Origin: Anaerolineae bacterium
GTDB lineage: Bacteria > Chloroflexota > Anaerolineae > B4-G1 > SLSP01
Direction: 5' to 3'
Assembly: GCA_035415725.1 (NCBI GenBank)
Contig: DAOOGN010000004.1
Location: 7,353 to 71,352, forward strand
DNA length: 64,000 bases
Shown here piece after piece: positions 54,578 to 63,425 of the stretch. The position numbers and the translations under genes are program-made. Each line of letters opens with the position of its first letter. The first letter of the stretch is position 1. Under the pieces are notes generated by a model that searched no databases, had not been told where the DNA came from, and saw only the letters and a list, made by a program, of their open reading frames with translations.

Positions 54578-55960
54578 CTATCCCCAAAACAGCGGTTCGC
54601 GCCGCAGGTACATCCCGGCGCTGTCGCCGCCGACGAACGCGCCATCACGTACCAGAAACGTCCCACGTCGCAGGGTGGAAATGACCCGTCCTTGCACGCG
54701 CATCCCTTCGTAGGGCGTGTAGCCCGCCGCTGAATGGAGTCGTTCAACCGTAAAGGCATCCGTGGGCGTGGGATCGTATAACACGACATCGGCGTCAGAA
54801 CCGGGCAGGAGCGCGCCCTTGCGCGGCCACAGGTTATAGACTTGCGCGGGGCCGGCCGCGAGCAGGCGCGCGATGTCCGTCCAGGCGATGTAGCCATCGC
54901 TCACGCCATACGTCGCCATCAACGGCAGAAGCGTCTCCAGGCCGGGCAGTCCGCCGGGCGTTTGGGTAAAATCGTCCACGGCGCTTTTCTGCGTCTGCGT
55001 GTAATCGCAGTGATCGGTGACAATCATATCGATTTCCCCGCCGGCGACCCACGGCCAGAGCTTCTCCCGCTCTTGAGGGTCGCGCAGCGGCGGCTGAAGG
55101 ATGTAGCGCCACGGTTCACCCCCCGCATAGAGGGTGTTATCGAGCACAAGGTACTGCGGGCAGGTCTCGCAGAAGGCGATCTGCCCTCTGGCCCGCGCTT
55201 CGGCGACCAGCGCCGTCGTTTTGGCGGTGGAGTTATGGACAATGACGACGGGCGCGCGCGCGGCTTCGGCCAGAAGCAACACCCGAGCGGCGGCCTCTTG
55301 CTCGGCCAGCGCCGGGCGCGATGCCCCGTGGTAACGCCAGCCGGTATCGCCGGCCTCGATGAGGGCCTGCGTCTGTGCCGTCACCAGGGCGTCATTTTCA
55401 CAATGGACCAGCGTCGTCAGCCCATAACGCCCGGCCGCCTCCAGCAACCGCAGGATCGCCGCGTCATCCATGTAGTAGTTAGGACGATAGGTGGTGTAGA
55501 GTTTAAGGCTTTGGATGCCCAGATCAACGAGGTCGCCGAGCACGTCCTCGTGGCCCGGCGGTACATCCGTCACCATTATATGAAAGGCGTAATCGATGCA
55601 AGCAGGCGCTGCCTCCGCCAGACGCGCGTCCAGCGCCTCGGCGAAACTCTGTCCCGGGAACTGCGTGGCGAAGTCCACCACCGTGGTCACGCCGCCGAAG
55701 GCCGCCGCGCAGCTCTCCGTCTGCCAATTGCCCGGCGAGGCGTAGATGCCTGTATCCAGTTGGATGTGCGCATGCGCGTCGATGATCCCCGGGAGTACCA
55801 ACAGGTCGCGCGCCTCCACCACCTCGGCCCCGCGCGGTACAGGCAAATCGTGGCCGATGGCTTGAATTTGCTCACCACGAATCAGGAGGTCGGCGTCCAT
55901 CATCGTTTCCGGCGTCACCACCGTCCCCCCGCGGATCAAAATCGATTTTAGCTTGCTCAT
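54578..55960 (-). CDS. Dihydropyrimidinase / hydantoinase-family amidohydrolase
   Basis: LPGIIDAHAH, GGVTTVVDF, HCEN, ETCPQYL, TDHC, GSDADVVLYDP. Confidence 0.92.
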   Translation of the reverse strand: MSKLKSILIRGGTVVTPETMMDADLLIRGEQIQAIGHDLPVPRGAEVVEARDLLVLPGIIDAHAHIQLDTGIYASPGNWQTESCAAAFGGVTTVVDFATQFPGQSFAEALDARLAEAAPACIDYAFHIMVTDVPPGHEDVLGDLVDLGIQSLKLYTTYRPNYYMDDAAILRLLEAAGRYGLTTLVHCENDALVTAQTQALIEAGDTGWRYHGASRPALAEQEAAARVLLLAEAARAPVVIVHNSTAKTTALVAEARARGQIAFCETCPQYLVLDNTLYAGGEPWRYILQPPLRDPQEREKLWPWVAGGEIDMIVTDHCDYTQTQKSAVDDFTQTPGGLPGLETLLPLMATYGVSDGYIAWTDIARLLAAGPAQVYNLWPRKGALLPGSDADVVLYDPTPTDAFTVERLHSAAGYTPYEGMRVQGRVISTLRRGTFLVRDGAFVGGDSAGMYLRREPLFWG

Positions 55961-56084
55961 CGTCACCTCACTGGATGCTGGCTCTGAATTTTGTCATCAA
56001 CGCTATTCGTATTGTAGCTGATTTCGTCACCTTGTCACCTCTGCTCTCCTTCTCCCCCTCATCATCTCGCGGTATAATGGCACT

Positions 56085-58019
56085 ATGGAACGATCCAGTT
56101 TGGCGCGCTACTCCGCCGTCGCTGCTGCCCTGGTGGCCCTCGCGTTTGGGCTGCGAATGGGGGGGCTGACGGCGACTTCGCTGTGGTACGACGAGACGTT
56201 TGTACTGTATCACGCCCAACAAGGCATCGTTGCCGGGATGCTGGGGCTGTTGCGTGAGGATAACGCGCTGCCGCTCCACGGCCTGCTTCTGGCGCTGTGG
56301 ATCAAAGTCGCCGGCGACGGGGAATTCGCGGCGCGTTATCTTTCCGTCTTGCTGGGAACCGTCGCCACAGCGTTGATGCTCAGAGTGGGCGGTGCGTTGC
56401 GGGGACGCCGGTATGGCGGATGGGGCACGGCGCTGGCCTATGCCACCCTGCCGATCTACGTCTATTACGCGCAGGAGGTGCGGATGTACGCGCTGGTCAT
56501 CCCTCTTGCGGCGGGTTTCGTGTGGGCGGCCTGGCGGGTCGTGGAGCGTGGACGGGGTGGGGTAGCCTATGTCATTCTCGGCGCAGCGATGCTGATGGCG
56601 CATCTCTACGCGGGATTGTTGTGGGCGGCGGTGCTCGTGTGGGGAAGCCTCGCATTACACATTGGAAATTACCAAGCAAACATCGAAAGTCAAACATCGA
56701 AAATCAAAAACTCCGTCTGGTGGCGCGCTAACCTGTGGCTGGGCCTGGCAGCATTGCCGATCGCGGCCTGGGCACTGTGGCGTGCGCGGGTGGATGCCAC
56801 GGCGGTGTCGGCGATCCCGGCGACGGCGTTGCGTTGGATTCCGGTGTTGTTCGGTGTGGGGCAATATCTGCCCCAACCGTGGAGTGCGCTGTTTGTAGCC
56901 ATCGCCGGGCTGTCGATGGTCGTCGCCTTGGTGGGGCTGATGCGCGCCCGGCGGGTGCAAGGCGCGATGGGGCTGCTCGTTACGGTGGTCGTCCCTCTCG
57001 TGTTATTGCTAGCAGCGACTTCTATCAAAGCCAAATGGAGTGAACGCTACCTGCTCCCCTCCTTCGGCCTGGCGCTCGTCGTCGGTGTGGGGACAGGATG
57101 GGAGTCTTTAGTCGAGAGTCAAAGAGCACACAGCGCGTATGACGCATCACGCATCGGCGGGGCACTGTTGCTTGTCACCTGGCTTGCCCTGACAGTTCCG
57201 GCTCTTGTGCGGCAAGCGCAAGGAACATGGGCGGTGGGGCTGACGGATGAATGGCATCCGCGCCCGGATTTCCGCGGTGTGGCCCGCTACATCGAAGAAC
57301 ACGATGCGCCCGACGACGCGATTGTCGTCATCGGCGGGTACGCCGCGCACACACTGGACTATTACTACGACGGCCCGGCGCACCTGTTGGGGTTACCCTT
57401 CGACACGCGCGTGTTGGATATGCAACGTCCGCTGGACTTGCACGCTTTGGAGACCTTGGAGCAACAAACTGCCACGGCACAGCGTCTATGGCTGGTGCTC
57501 TGGCAAGACACCCTCGCCGATCCGACCGCGCTGATATTGAGTTTCCTGGTCGATGCCTGCCACCGTCTGCCGGTGGATGCCAAATTCACGAACGTCGGCG
57601 TTGTCCTCTTCGATTTGACGACATGCCATCCCTTAGACCGGTTGGCCGTCCCGTCCCACCCGCTGACGGCGGATTTCGTCGAACCGATCCACTTGACCGG
57701 ATATGATTGCAGTAAAACCGGCGAGACCTGGGAGGTCGATGTGTGGTGGGAGACCACGGGGCCGCTACCGGCGGATTACCGGGTGTTCGTTCATTTGATC
57801 GGCGCCGATGGGACGCTCATCACGCAACACGATCACATTGCCGGGACGGATGCTTATCCCACCGGCCAATGGACGCCGGGAACGGCGCTGCGCGACCGCT
57901 TCTTCCTGCACGTACCCGGCGGTGTATGCGACTCATGCACATTGCAGGTGGGCCTGTACACAGCACAAGGTCGCCTGCTACTGCGCGATGGCGGTGACCG
58001 GGTAGAAATTGCGCCTTAA
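56085..58019 (+). CDS. GT39/ArnT-like membrane glycosyltransferase with C-terminal beta domain
   Basis: SLWYDE, EFAARYLSVLLG, YYAQEVRMY, ERYLL, PADYRVFVHL. Confidence 0.78.
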   Translation: MERSSLARYSAVAAALVALAFGLRMGGLTATSLWYDETFVLYHAQQGIVAGMLGLLREDNALPLHGLLLALWIKVAGDGEFAARYLSVLLGTVATALMLRVGGALRGRRYGGWGTALAYATLPIYVYYAQEVRMYALVIPLAAGFVWAAWRVVERGRGGVAYVILGAAMLMAHLYAGLLWAAVLVWGSLALHIGNYQANIESQTSKIKNSVWWRANLWLGLAALPIAAWALWRARVDATAVSAIPATALRWIPVLFGVGQYLPQPWSALFVAIAGLSMVVALVGLMRARRVQGAMGLLVTVVVPLVLLLAATSIKAKWSERYLLPSFGLALVVGVGTGWESLVESQRAHSAYDASRIGGALLLVTWLALTVPALVRQAQGTWAVGLTDEWHPRPDFRGVARYIEEHDAPDDAIVVIGGYAAHTLDYYYDGPAHLLGLPFDTRVLDMQRPLDLHALETLEQQTATAQRLWLVLWQDTLADPTALILSFLVDACHRLPVDAKFTNVGVVLFDLTTCHPLDRLAVPSHPLTADFVEPIHLTGYDCSKTGETWEVDVWWETTGPLPADYRVFVHLIGADGTLITQHDHIAGTDAYPTGQWTPGTALRDRFFLHVPGGVCDSCTLQVGLYTAQGRLLLRDGGDRVEIAP

Positions 58020-58061
58020 GTAGCCGACTCGCTGATTCATTCATTCGTTGAGGAGGACAGT

Positions 58062-58751
58062 GTGGCAAAACACATTCTCATTGTAGATGACGATGCCCTG
58101 CTGCGGCGCAGTCTGGCGTTCAACCTGGAAAGGGCAGGGTATCGCACCAGCACGGCCGGGGCGGCTGAAGATGCCCTGGCGCAGGCGCGGCTGGATCCGC
58201 CCGATTTGGTGCTGCTCGACATCGGTTTGCCGGGGATGGACGGGCTGGATGCCCTGCGCGCCCTGCGCCAGCAATTTAACGTGCCGGTCATCTTCATCAC
58301 GGCCCGCCGCCGCGAGCTGGATCAGGTGCTCGGCCTGGAATTGGGCGCCGACGACTACGTCACCAAGCCTTTCGACATTGACGTGCTACTGGCGCGGATC
58401 AAGGCCGTACTGCGCCGAACCGGCAGTAGCCTTCCGCTCCTGCCGGCGTTCAACCCTCTCGTCGTCGGCGATCTGGTGATCGACCCAGCCGCACATACTG
58501 TGGCTGTCGCCGGCAAAACCATCAATTTAGCCCCGCGCGAATTCGATTTGCTGGTGGTACTGGCGCAGGAAACCGGTCGTGTCCTTTCGGTGGATGAGTT
58601 ACTGACCCGTGTCTGGGGCGCAGAATACGTCGGCGAGCCACAGGTCGTTTATGTTCACATCCGCTGGCTGCGCGAGAAGCTGGAAGCCGATCCCCCGCAC
58701 CCCCGCCGCATTGTGACGGTGCGGGGGGTAGGATACAAACTGGTTGAGTAG
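58062..58751 (+). CDS. OmpR/PhoB-family response regulator
   Basis: VDDD, LLDIGLPGMDG, GADDYVTKPF, VYVHIRWLREKLE, TVRGVGYK. Confidence 0.95.
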   Translation: MAKHILIVDDDALLRRSLAFNLERAGYRTSTAGAAEDALAQARLDPPDLVLLDIGLPGMDGLDALRALRQQFNVPVIFITARRRELDQVLGLELGADDYVTKPFDIDVLLARIKAVLRRTGSSLPLLPAFNPLVVGDLVIDPAAHTVAVAGKTINLAPREFDLLVVLAQETGRVLSVDELLTRVWGAEYVGEPQVVYVHIRWLREKLEADPPHPRRIVTVRGVGYKLVE

Positions 58752-58778
58752 GTGGGGTTTACAGGCGGATGGACCATC

Positions 58779-59647
58779 TCATGGGGCCGCATCCGCTATA
58801 GCAGCTTCAGCCATGCGGATGTGCTGCAAGTCGTGCTTTGCCATCCCTTGCAGGACGCCGCCGATGCAGTGCTGCCCAAAATCCACGTCGCTGGTGTCGC
58901 GTTTGAGTATTTCCGGCGTGATCTCCGTGATGAACGCCTGCATGCCGGCGTGGATCGCATCCCAGGCTGCCAGCACAGTCTCCAGGTCGTCGGTCGGTTC
59001 GGTGCCGACGTCGGCGAAGGCGGGATTGCCTTCAAGAAACGGCGGAAGAAAACCCAGCTTGAGCCACGGTTGATGGTTGCGCAGCAGCCACTGGTTGAGG
59101 TACATCTCTTCGGCGAAGACCAAATGTCGCACGTGCTCCAACGCCGACCAGCGATCTGGGCCGGGATGCGCGATGAGCACATCCGCTGACGTGGCGCGCA
59201 GATGAGCATAAAATTCAGCGCGTACTGCATCGAGGTGCGCCAACACGCGGCGCACCTCCTCAGGATCGAAGATGTTGTGCATTCTCAGCCGCACGCGTTC
59301 CGGGTCCCGACGGTCGAATTCAGCTTCGAGCAACTGATCCACGCGCACGTCGAAGATCGTCAATCCGGCGATATTGGCGTCGTCAATCGTCATATTAGGA
59401 CTTACGCGAATTTCCGTTTGTAGTGACGGCTTCAGCCGTTCTTAGCTCCTCAGAGACGCCTGAAGGCGTCACTACAAATCCTCCGCCGCTTGATGCGAGC
59501 CAGGCTTGCGTAAGTCCTGATATCCTTGAGATTGGCGTTGTGAATCCGCGCCCCTTCCAGATTAACGTCGTCAAACGTCGTTCCATACAGATTGACGTTG
59601 TGAAACAGTGTTCCTGCCATATCACAATTTTCGAAGCGCTCGCCCAT
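58779..59647 (-). pseudogene. Pentapeptide-repeat + DinB-domain gene split by MITE B
   Basis: Removing the 124-bp element and one ATAT copy joins ...NANLKD to MTIDDANIAG... in frame (246 aa); DinB motifs WSALEHVRHL and HDLQH. Confidence 0.85.
59396..59519 (-). mobile_element. MITE family B copy inside a gene
   Basis: TIRs present; ATAT duplication at 59392-59395 and 59520-59523; 3 differences from the 13699 copy. Confidence 0.92.
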
Positions 59648-59648
59648 C

Positions 59649-59996
59649 TTAGGCCGTCCTCAACTGTTCTAGCGTCTCACGCGCCTCTGGCGCTCCCGCC
59701 AGGAAGCCTTCCAGCTTGGAACAGCCGTAGTCGGCGCAAGCAGCGCAGTGGGGGAGGGCGCGTTCTATGGCGCAGGCGCGAATCTCGCACATCCCACAAT
59801 AACTCGCCAGTCGCCCGCCGATGTTAGCCAGACAACCATCGCAGACAATCGACTCGGCAGTCATATCGGGGGCATGGAACGCCACGCGCCATTCCGCCGC
59901 CACACGCTCCAATGCCGCCGGATCACCCGATTGGGTGGCAACATACGCCGGGCACGCCGCGCAATTCAGTCCGCAGTACGCTATGATCTTGTCCAT
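59649..59996 (-). CDS. DUF3795-family cysteine-rich protein
   Basis: IAYCGLNCAACPAY, CDGC, CEIRACA, CAACADYGC; AGGAG RBS. Confidence 0.85.
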   Translation of the reverse strand: MDKIIAYCGLNCAACPAYVATQSGDPAALERVAAEWRVAFHAPDMTAESIVCDGCLANIGGRLASYCGMCEIRACAIERALPHCAACADYGCSKLEGFLAGAPEARETLEQLRTA

Positions 59997-60102
59997 CACT
60001 ATTCTCCTCTCTTTGATGTAGTTCATTTGTTCTAATACGCTGTTATTATACGCTATGAGAGTGACAAAGTATGTCATATATGCTGGACCATATACTCATG
60101 CC

Positions 60103-60512
60103 GTAACTATTCAGCCACCCCTGCCAGGTGGCAAACAGGACTTTGGGGATGGTTCATCGCGGGTTGACACTTTGGCCAGCGGCGACGACCCCCTTATTCC
60201 TCCAGCCCCCTTCTCCGCCGCCAGCAGGGAAGAAGGGGGCGGGAAAATGGGGAGATGGGCTTATAGAAACACGAATATCTCGTTATCCACAAGCACCTGG
60301 CATACCAAAATCCGCACCCAACCTGGTATAGGGAATAAGTGGCTTTGCCAGGTTGACTAGTCCTACGCGGCACAAATAGTTCCTCAGTGAATGCTGGCCA
60401 GGGATCGGCAGATCCCGGCATAGCGCGCCAGAACCGCGGATCTGGCGATCCGCTCCGCGCATGGCTAACGGGTGTGAAATTTCTGCCCTGCTGGACTAGC
60501 CTGAATAGATAC
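60103..60512 (+). repeat. Family A element with about 130 bp of extra internal sequence
   Basis: GTAACTATTCAGCC start; GGTTGACTAG at about 60360, extra segment, then GGACTAGCCTGAATAGATAC ending 60512. Confidence 0.78.
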
Positions 60513-60528
60513 GATTCGAGTATCCCCC

Positions 60529-61320
60529 TCAGCGCATTTCCTGTCCACCGGTGACGTTGATGGCCTGGCCGGTCATATAGCCGGCCTGATCGGACGCGAG
60601 GAAGACGACGACGTTGCACACGTCGTCGTAAGTGCAGCCGCGCTTCATCGGTACCTGGTCAATGTATTTCTGGCGGACCTCGGCCTCGGTGATGCCCTGG
60701 TTGCGCGCGTACTGTTTGAACAGCGACTCGGTCCACAGCGGCGAGTCGAGCAGGTTGCCGGGGCAGACGGCGTTGACGCGGATGCCCTCTGCGGCAAGTT
60801 CCAGCGCCAGACTTTGCGTCAGGCCGATGCCGCCAAACTTAGAGGCGGCATAGGCCGAGTTTTTGTAACTGCCTTTCTTGCCGGATTTGGAGTTGATCTG
60901 GATGATCACGCCGCTGTGCTGCGGCTTCATGACGCGGATGGCATGTTTGGCGCAGAGAAAGTAGCCGACGAGATTGACGTTGATGACCGCCTGCCATTTC
61001 CCGGCGTCGAATTCATCCGCCGGACCGGAGATGAGGATGCCGGCGTTGGAGACGAGGATATCCAGGCGTCCGAATTCGGCGACGGCGCGGGCGACCAGCG
61101 CGGCGACCTGCGCTTCATTGGTGACGTCCACCTGTACCGCCAGGGTGCGCTGTCCTGTCTGCGCAGCGATGGCGGCGGCGGTTGCCTCGGCCCCCTCCCG
61201 ATTCAAGTCGGCGACGACGACGTGCGCGCCCTCGCGTGCCAACCGCTCACACAGCGCCGCACCTAACCCTTGTGCCCCTCCGGTCACAATGGCGATTTTA
61301 TCTCGTAAAGATTGATTCAT
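60529..61320 (-). CDS. SDR oxidoreductase, sorbitol-6-phosphate 2-dehydrogenase (SrlD)-like
   Basis: TGGAQGLG, INSKSGKKGS, YAASK, NLLDSPLW, KYIDQVPMKRGC. Confidence 0.88.
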   Translation of the reverse strand: MNQSLRDKIAIVTGGAQGLGAALCERLAREGAHVVVADLNREGAEATAAAIAAQTGQRTLAVQVDVTNEAQVAALVARAVAEFGRLDILVSNAGILISGPADEFDAGKWQAVINVNLVGYFLCAKHAIRVMKPQHSGVIIQINSKSGKKGSYKNSAYAASKFGGIGLTQSLALELAAEGIRVNAVCPGNLLDSPLWTESLFKQYARNQGITEAEVRQKYIDQVPMKRGCTYDDVCNVVVFLASDQAGYMTGQAINVTGGQEMR

Positions 61321-61339
61321 ATATACCTTCTTAAATACT

Positions 61340-61432
61340 TATGAGCCTATCCCCCTGCCCCTCTTCCCCAGGAAAGGGGGATTTTTGTGGGGGTGTGGCG
61401 GGCGGCGCAGCCGCCCGCCACACCCCCACTTT
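61340..61432. repeat. Family A internal hairpin module without element ends
   Basis: Perfect 20-bp stem with GCA loop at 61387-61429. Confidence 0.7.
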
Positions 61433-61481
61433 GTTAGTTTTTTAACCCGGGGAGCAAACCTCTGGGGTGGATTGTCATTCG

Positions 61482-63251
61482 CTACGGCAACATCACCCGC
61501 AGCAGTTCTGCCTCGGCCTCTGTCGTCCACTCGCGCCCGTCCTTGAGTTTGGCGGCGACGGTGGGCAGCACGTCCTTCAAATCGGTCAGGGCGGTGAGGG
61601 GCAAAGGCTTGATGTGCGGGTAGATGACGATTTTGCCGGGGTAGCGCGTCTCGTCCACCGCTTTGAGACCGTCATACGCGGCTTCCAGTGAGCCGATGGC
61701 GGCGACAGAGCGGTTGGGGGACAGTCGCCCGGTTTCCGCCTGTTCCAGCATGAAGCGCATATTTTCGATGGTGGAGGCGGAGTGGCCGATGACGCGCGCT
61801 TGCTTGAGGTAGGCGTCGCTCAGGTCGAGGGTAGCGTACTGGCCGCGTGGTACGCCGGCGAAGATGTTCATCACCCCTTTGGGCGCCAGGTACGTCGCCG
61901 CGTCGGCAATGACGGACATGGCCGGCGCCAGCACGATGATGTCGTCAAAGCCGGCCGCTTTGAACGGCGCCATAGCGACAGTGTAGGCTTCCTTGTCCAT
62001 CGGGTTGAGGCAGATGAATTCGATGCCCTTGTTTTGGGCCTCCAGGCTGAAGTGAGTGCAGAGATCGTCCAGGCGCACGTCGCTGACATCGGTGCAGACG
62101 ATGATGGCGGGGCCATTCGCAGATTGGATAGCGGCCTGGACGTGCATCCGCCCCATCGGGCCGCCCGCGCCGACGAACCACGCTTTGCCGCCCGGCTTAA
62201 GCGTGGAACGCACGGGCACGTCACTGTAGGCTTGGGCGATATCCGTGCCGGTGCTGCCGACGTAGAGCCAACGGTTGTAGTGGATGCGACCCACATCCAC
62301 TTTGACCGGGCGGGGCAGCGGCTCGTCGGCGATGATCGCCATGATGCCGTAACTCGCCAGGTTGGGGCTGGCGCGCTCGATGAGGTCGGCGTTCGCGCCC
62401 AGGAGGATGATGTCGTCCACGCCCTTGCCACTGCCGCCGCTGGTTTCCGCCGGGGAGACGGGTGCGTCGTCGGTTTCGACGGTCGCCGGATCGGGCAGCT
62501 CAGGGACGTCCACCACTTCCACATCGAGCTGCGCGGCGCGCTCGCGGAGCCACGCAGCGAAGGGCGCGGGCACGTTCGTGAGGCGCAGTTGGGCGGGGTG
62601 GGCGGCCTCGTCGAAGCCCTGGCTAAAGGTGTACATCGGTTGGGCGTGCTCCGTGCCGATGATCCACATCGTGCCACCATGGCGCGGCGCGGTGCGATAG
62701 CGCAATTGGTACGCCGCGATGACACAGGCCCACGGCTCGGTCAGCGCGGCCTCGGCGTAGCCGGTTTTGGGGTTGCGGATGGGGATAAGGTAGTTGCCGT
62801 GGTCGCCGTTGAGCACGCGTCGATCGATGACGGTGTACTCCGACAAGCCACCCTCGATTTCGTAGCCGTAAGAGCAGTTTTGGCCGTGATAGAAGATGTC
62901 GGCCTGGATGATGAAGCGGTCACCGACCTGGTACTGGTCGCGCAGCGCCTCGCCGACGCCGACGACGGTGAGGCTGACCTCGTGGCCGAGCACGACCGGC
63001 CTCTGGTGCATGTCGTGGTGAATACGGGGGTGATTCTGCCCGGCGTGAATCACCTTGACGTCGGAGAAACAGTGCCCGCAGGCGTCGTGGCGCACGAGCA
63101 GCTCATCCGGGCCGTAAGTAGGCATGGGGACGGCAATGGGCTTGCCCTCCACGCCGAGATTTTCAAACCCCGCGCCGTAGAGCGGCCAGAGACGGTTTGT
63201 CGCCGGCAGAGGGGTATGGGCATAACGGTATTGGTTTAGTTTATCGAACAT
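61482..63251 (-). CDS. L-sorbose-1-phosphate reductase (SorE)-like MDR dehydrogenase with a duplicated Rossmann-like domain
   Basis: CFSDVK, GHEVS, SYGYEIEGGLSEY, EPWACVI, GAGGPMG, GKIVIYP. Confidence 0.8.
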   Translation of the reverse strand: MFDKLNQYRYAHTPLPATNRLWPLYGAGFENLGVEGKPIAVPMPTYGPDELLVRHDACGHCFSDVKVIHAGQNHPRIHHDMHQRPVVLGHEVSLTVVGVGEALRDQYQVGDRFIIQADIFYHGQNCSYGYEIEGGLSEYTVIDRRVLNGDHGNYLIPIRNPKTGYAEAALTEPWACVIAAYQLRYRTAPRHGGTMWIIGTEHAQPMYTFSQGFDEAAHPAQLRLTNVPAPFAAWLRERAAQLDVEVVDVPELPDPATVETDDAPVSPAETSGGSGKGVDDIILLGANADLIERASPNLASYGIMAIIADEPLPRPVKVDVGRIHYNRWLYVGSTGTDIAQAYSDVPVRSTLKPGGKAWFVGAGGPMGRMHVQAAIQSANGPAIIVCTDVSDVRLDDLCTHFSLEAQNKGIEFICLNPMDKEAYTVAMAPFKAAGFDDIIVLAPAMSVIADAATYLAPKGVMNIFAGVPRGQYATLDLSDAYLKQARVIGHSASTIENMRFMLEQAETGRLSPNRSVAAIGSLEAAYDGLKAVDETRYPGKIVIYPHIKPLPLTALTDLKDVLPTVAAKLKDGREWTTEAEAELLRVMLP

Positions 63252-63275
63252 GAGTTATTCCTCGTTTTTTTGTAT

Positions 63276-63425
63276 TCGTCAGGATCATAGTGGACACAAC
63301 AGCGTCGGATTTTTACCGCCGAGAGCGTCGAGTTCGCCGAGATGGATGCTATTTCTCTGTGCTCTCAGCGTGCTCAGCGGTGGAAACGAATTGAGCCGCG
63401 TGTCCACCCTCTTGTTACCCGGTAT
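63276..63425. repeat. Family D element
   Basis: Aligns over about 140 bp with 30415-30560; overlaps the stop codon of the last gene. Confidence 0.78.
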
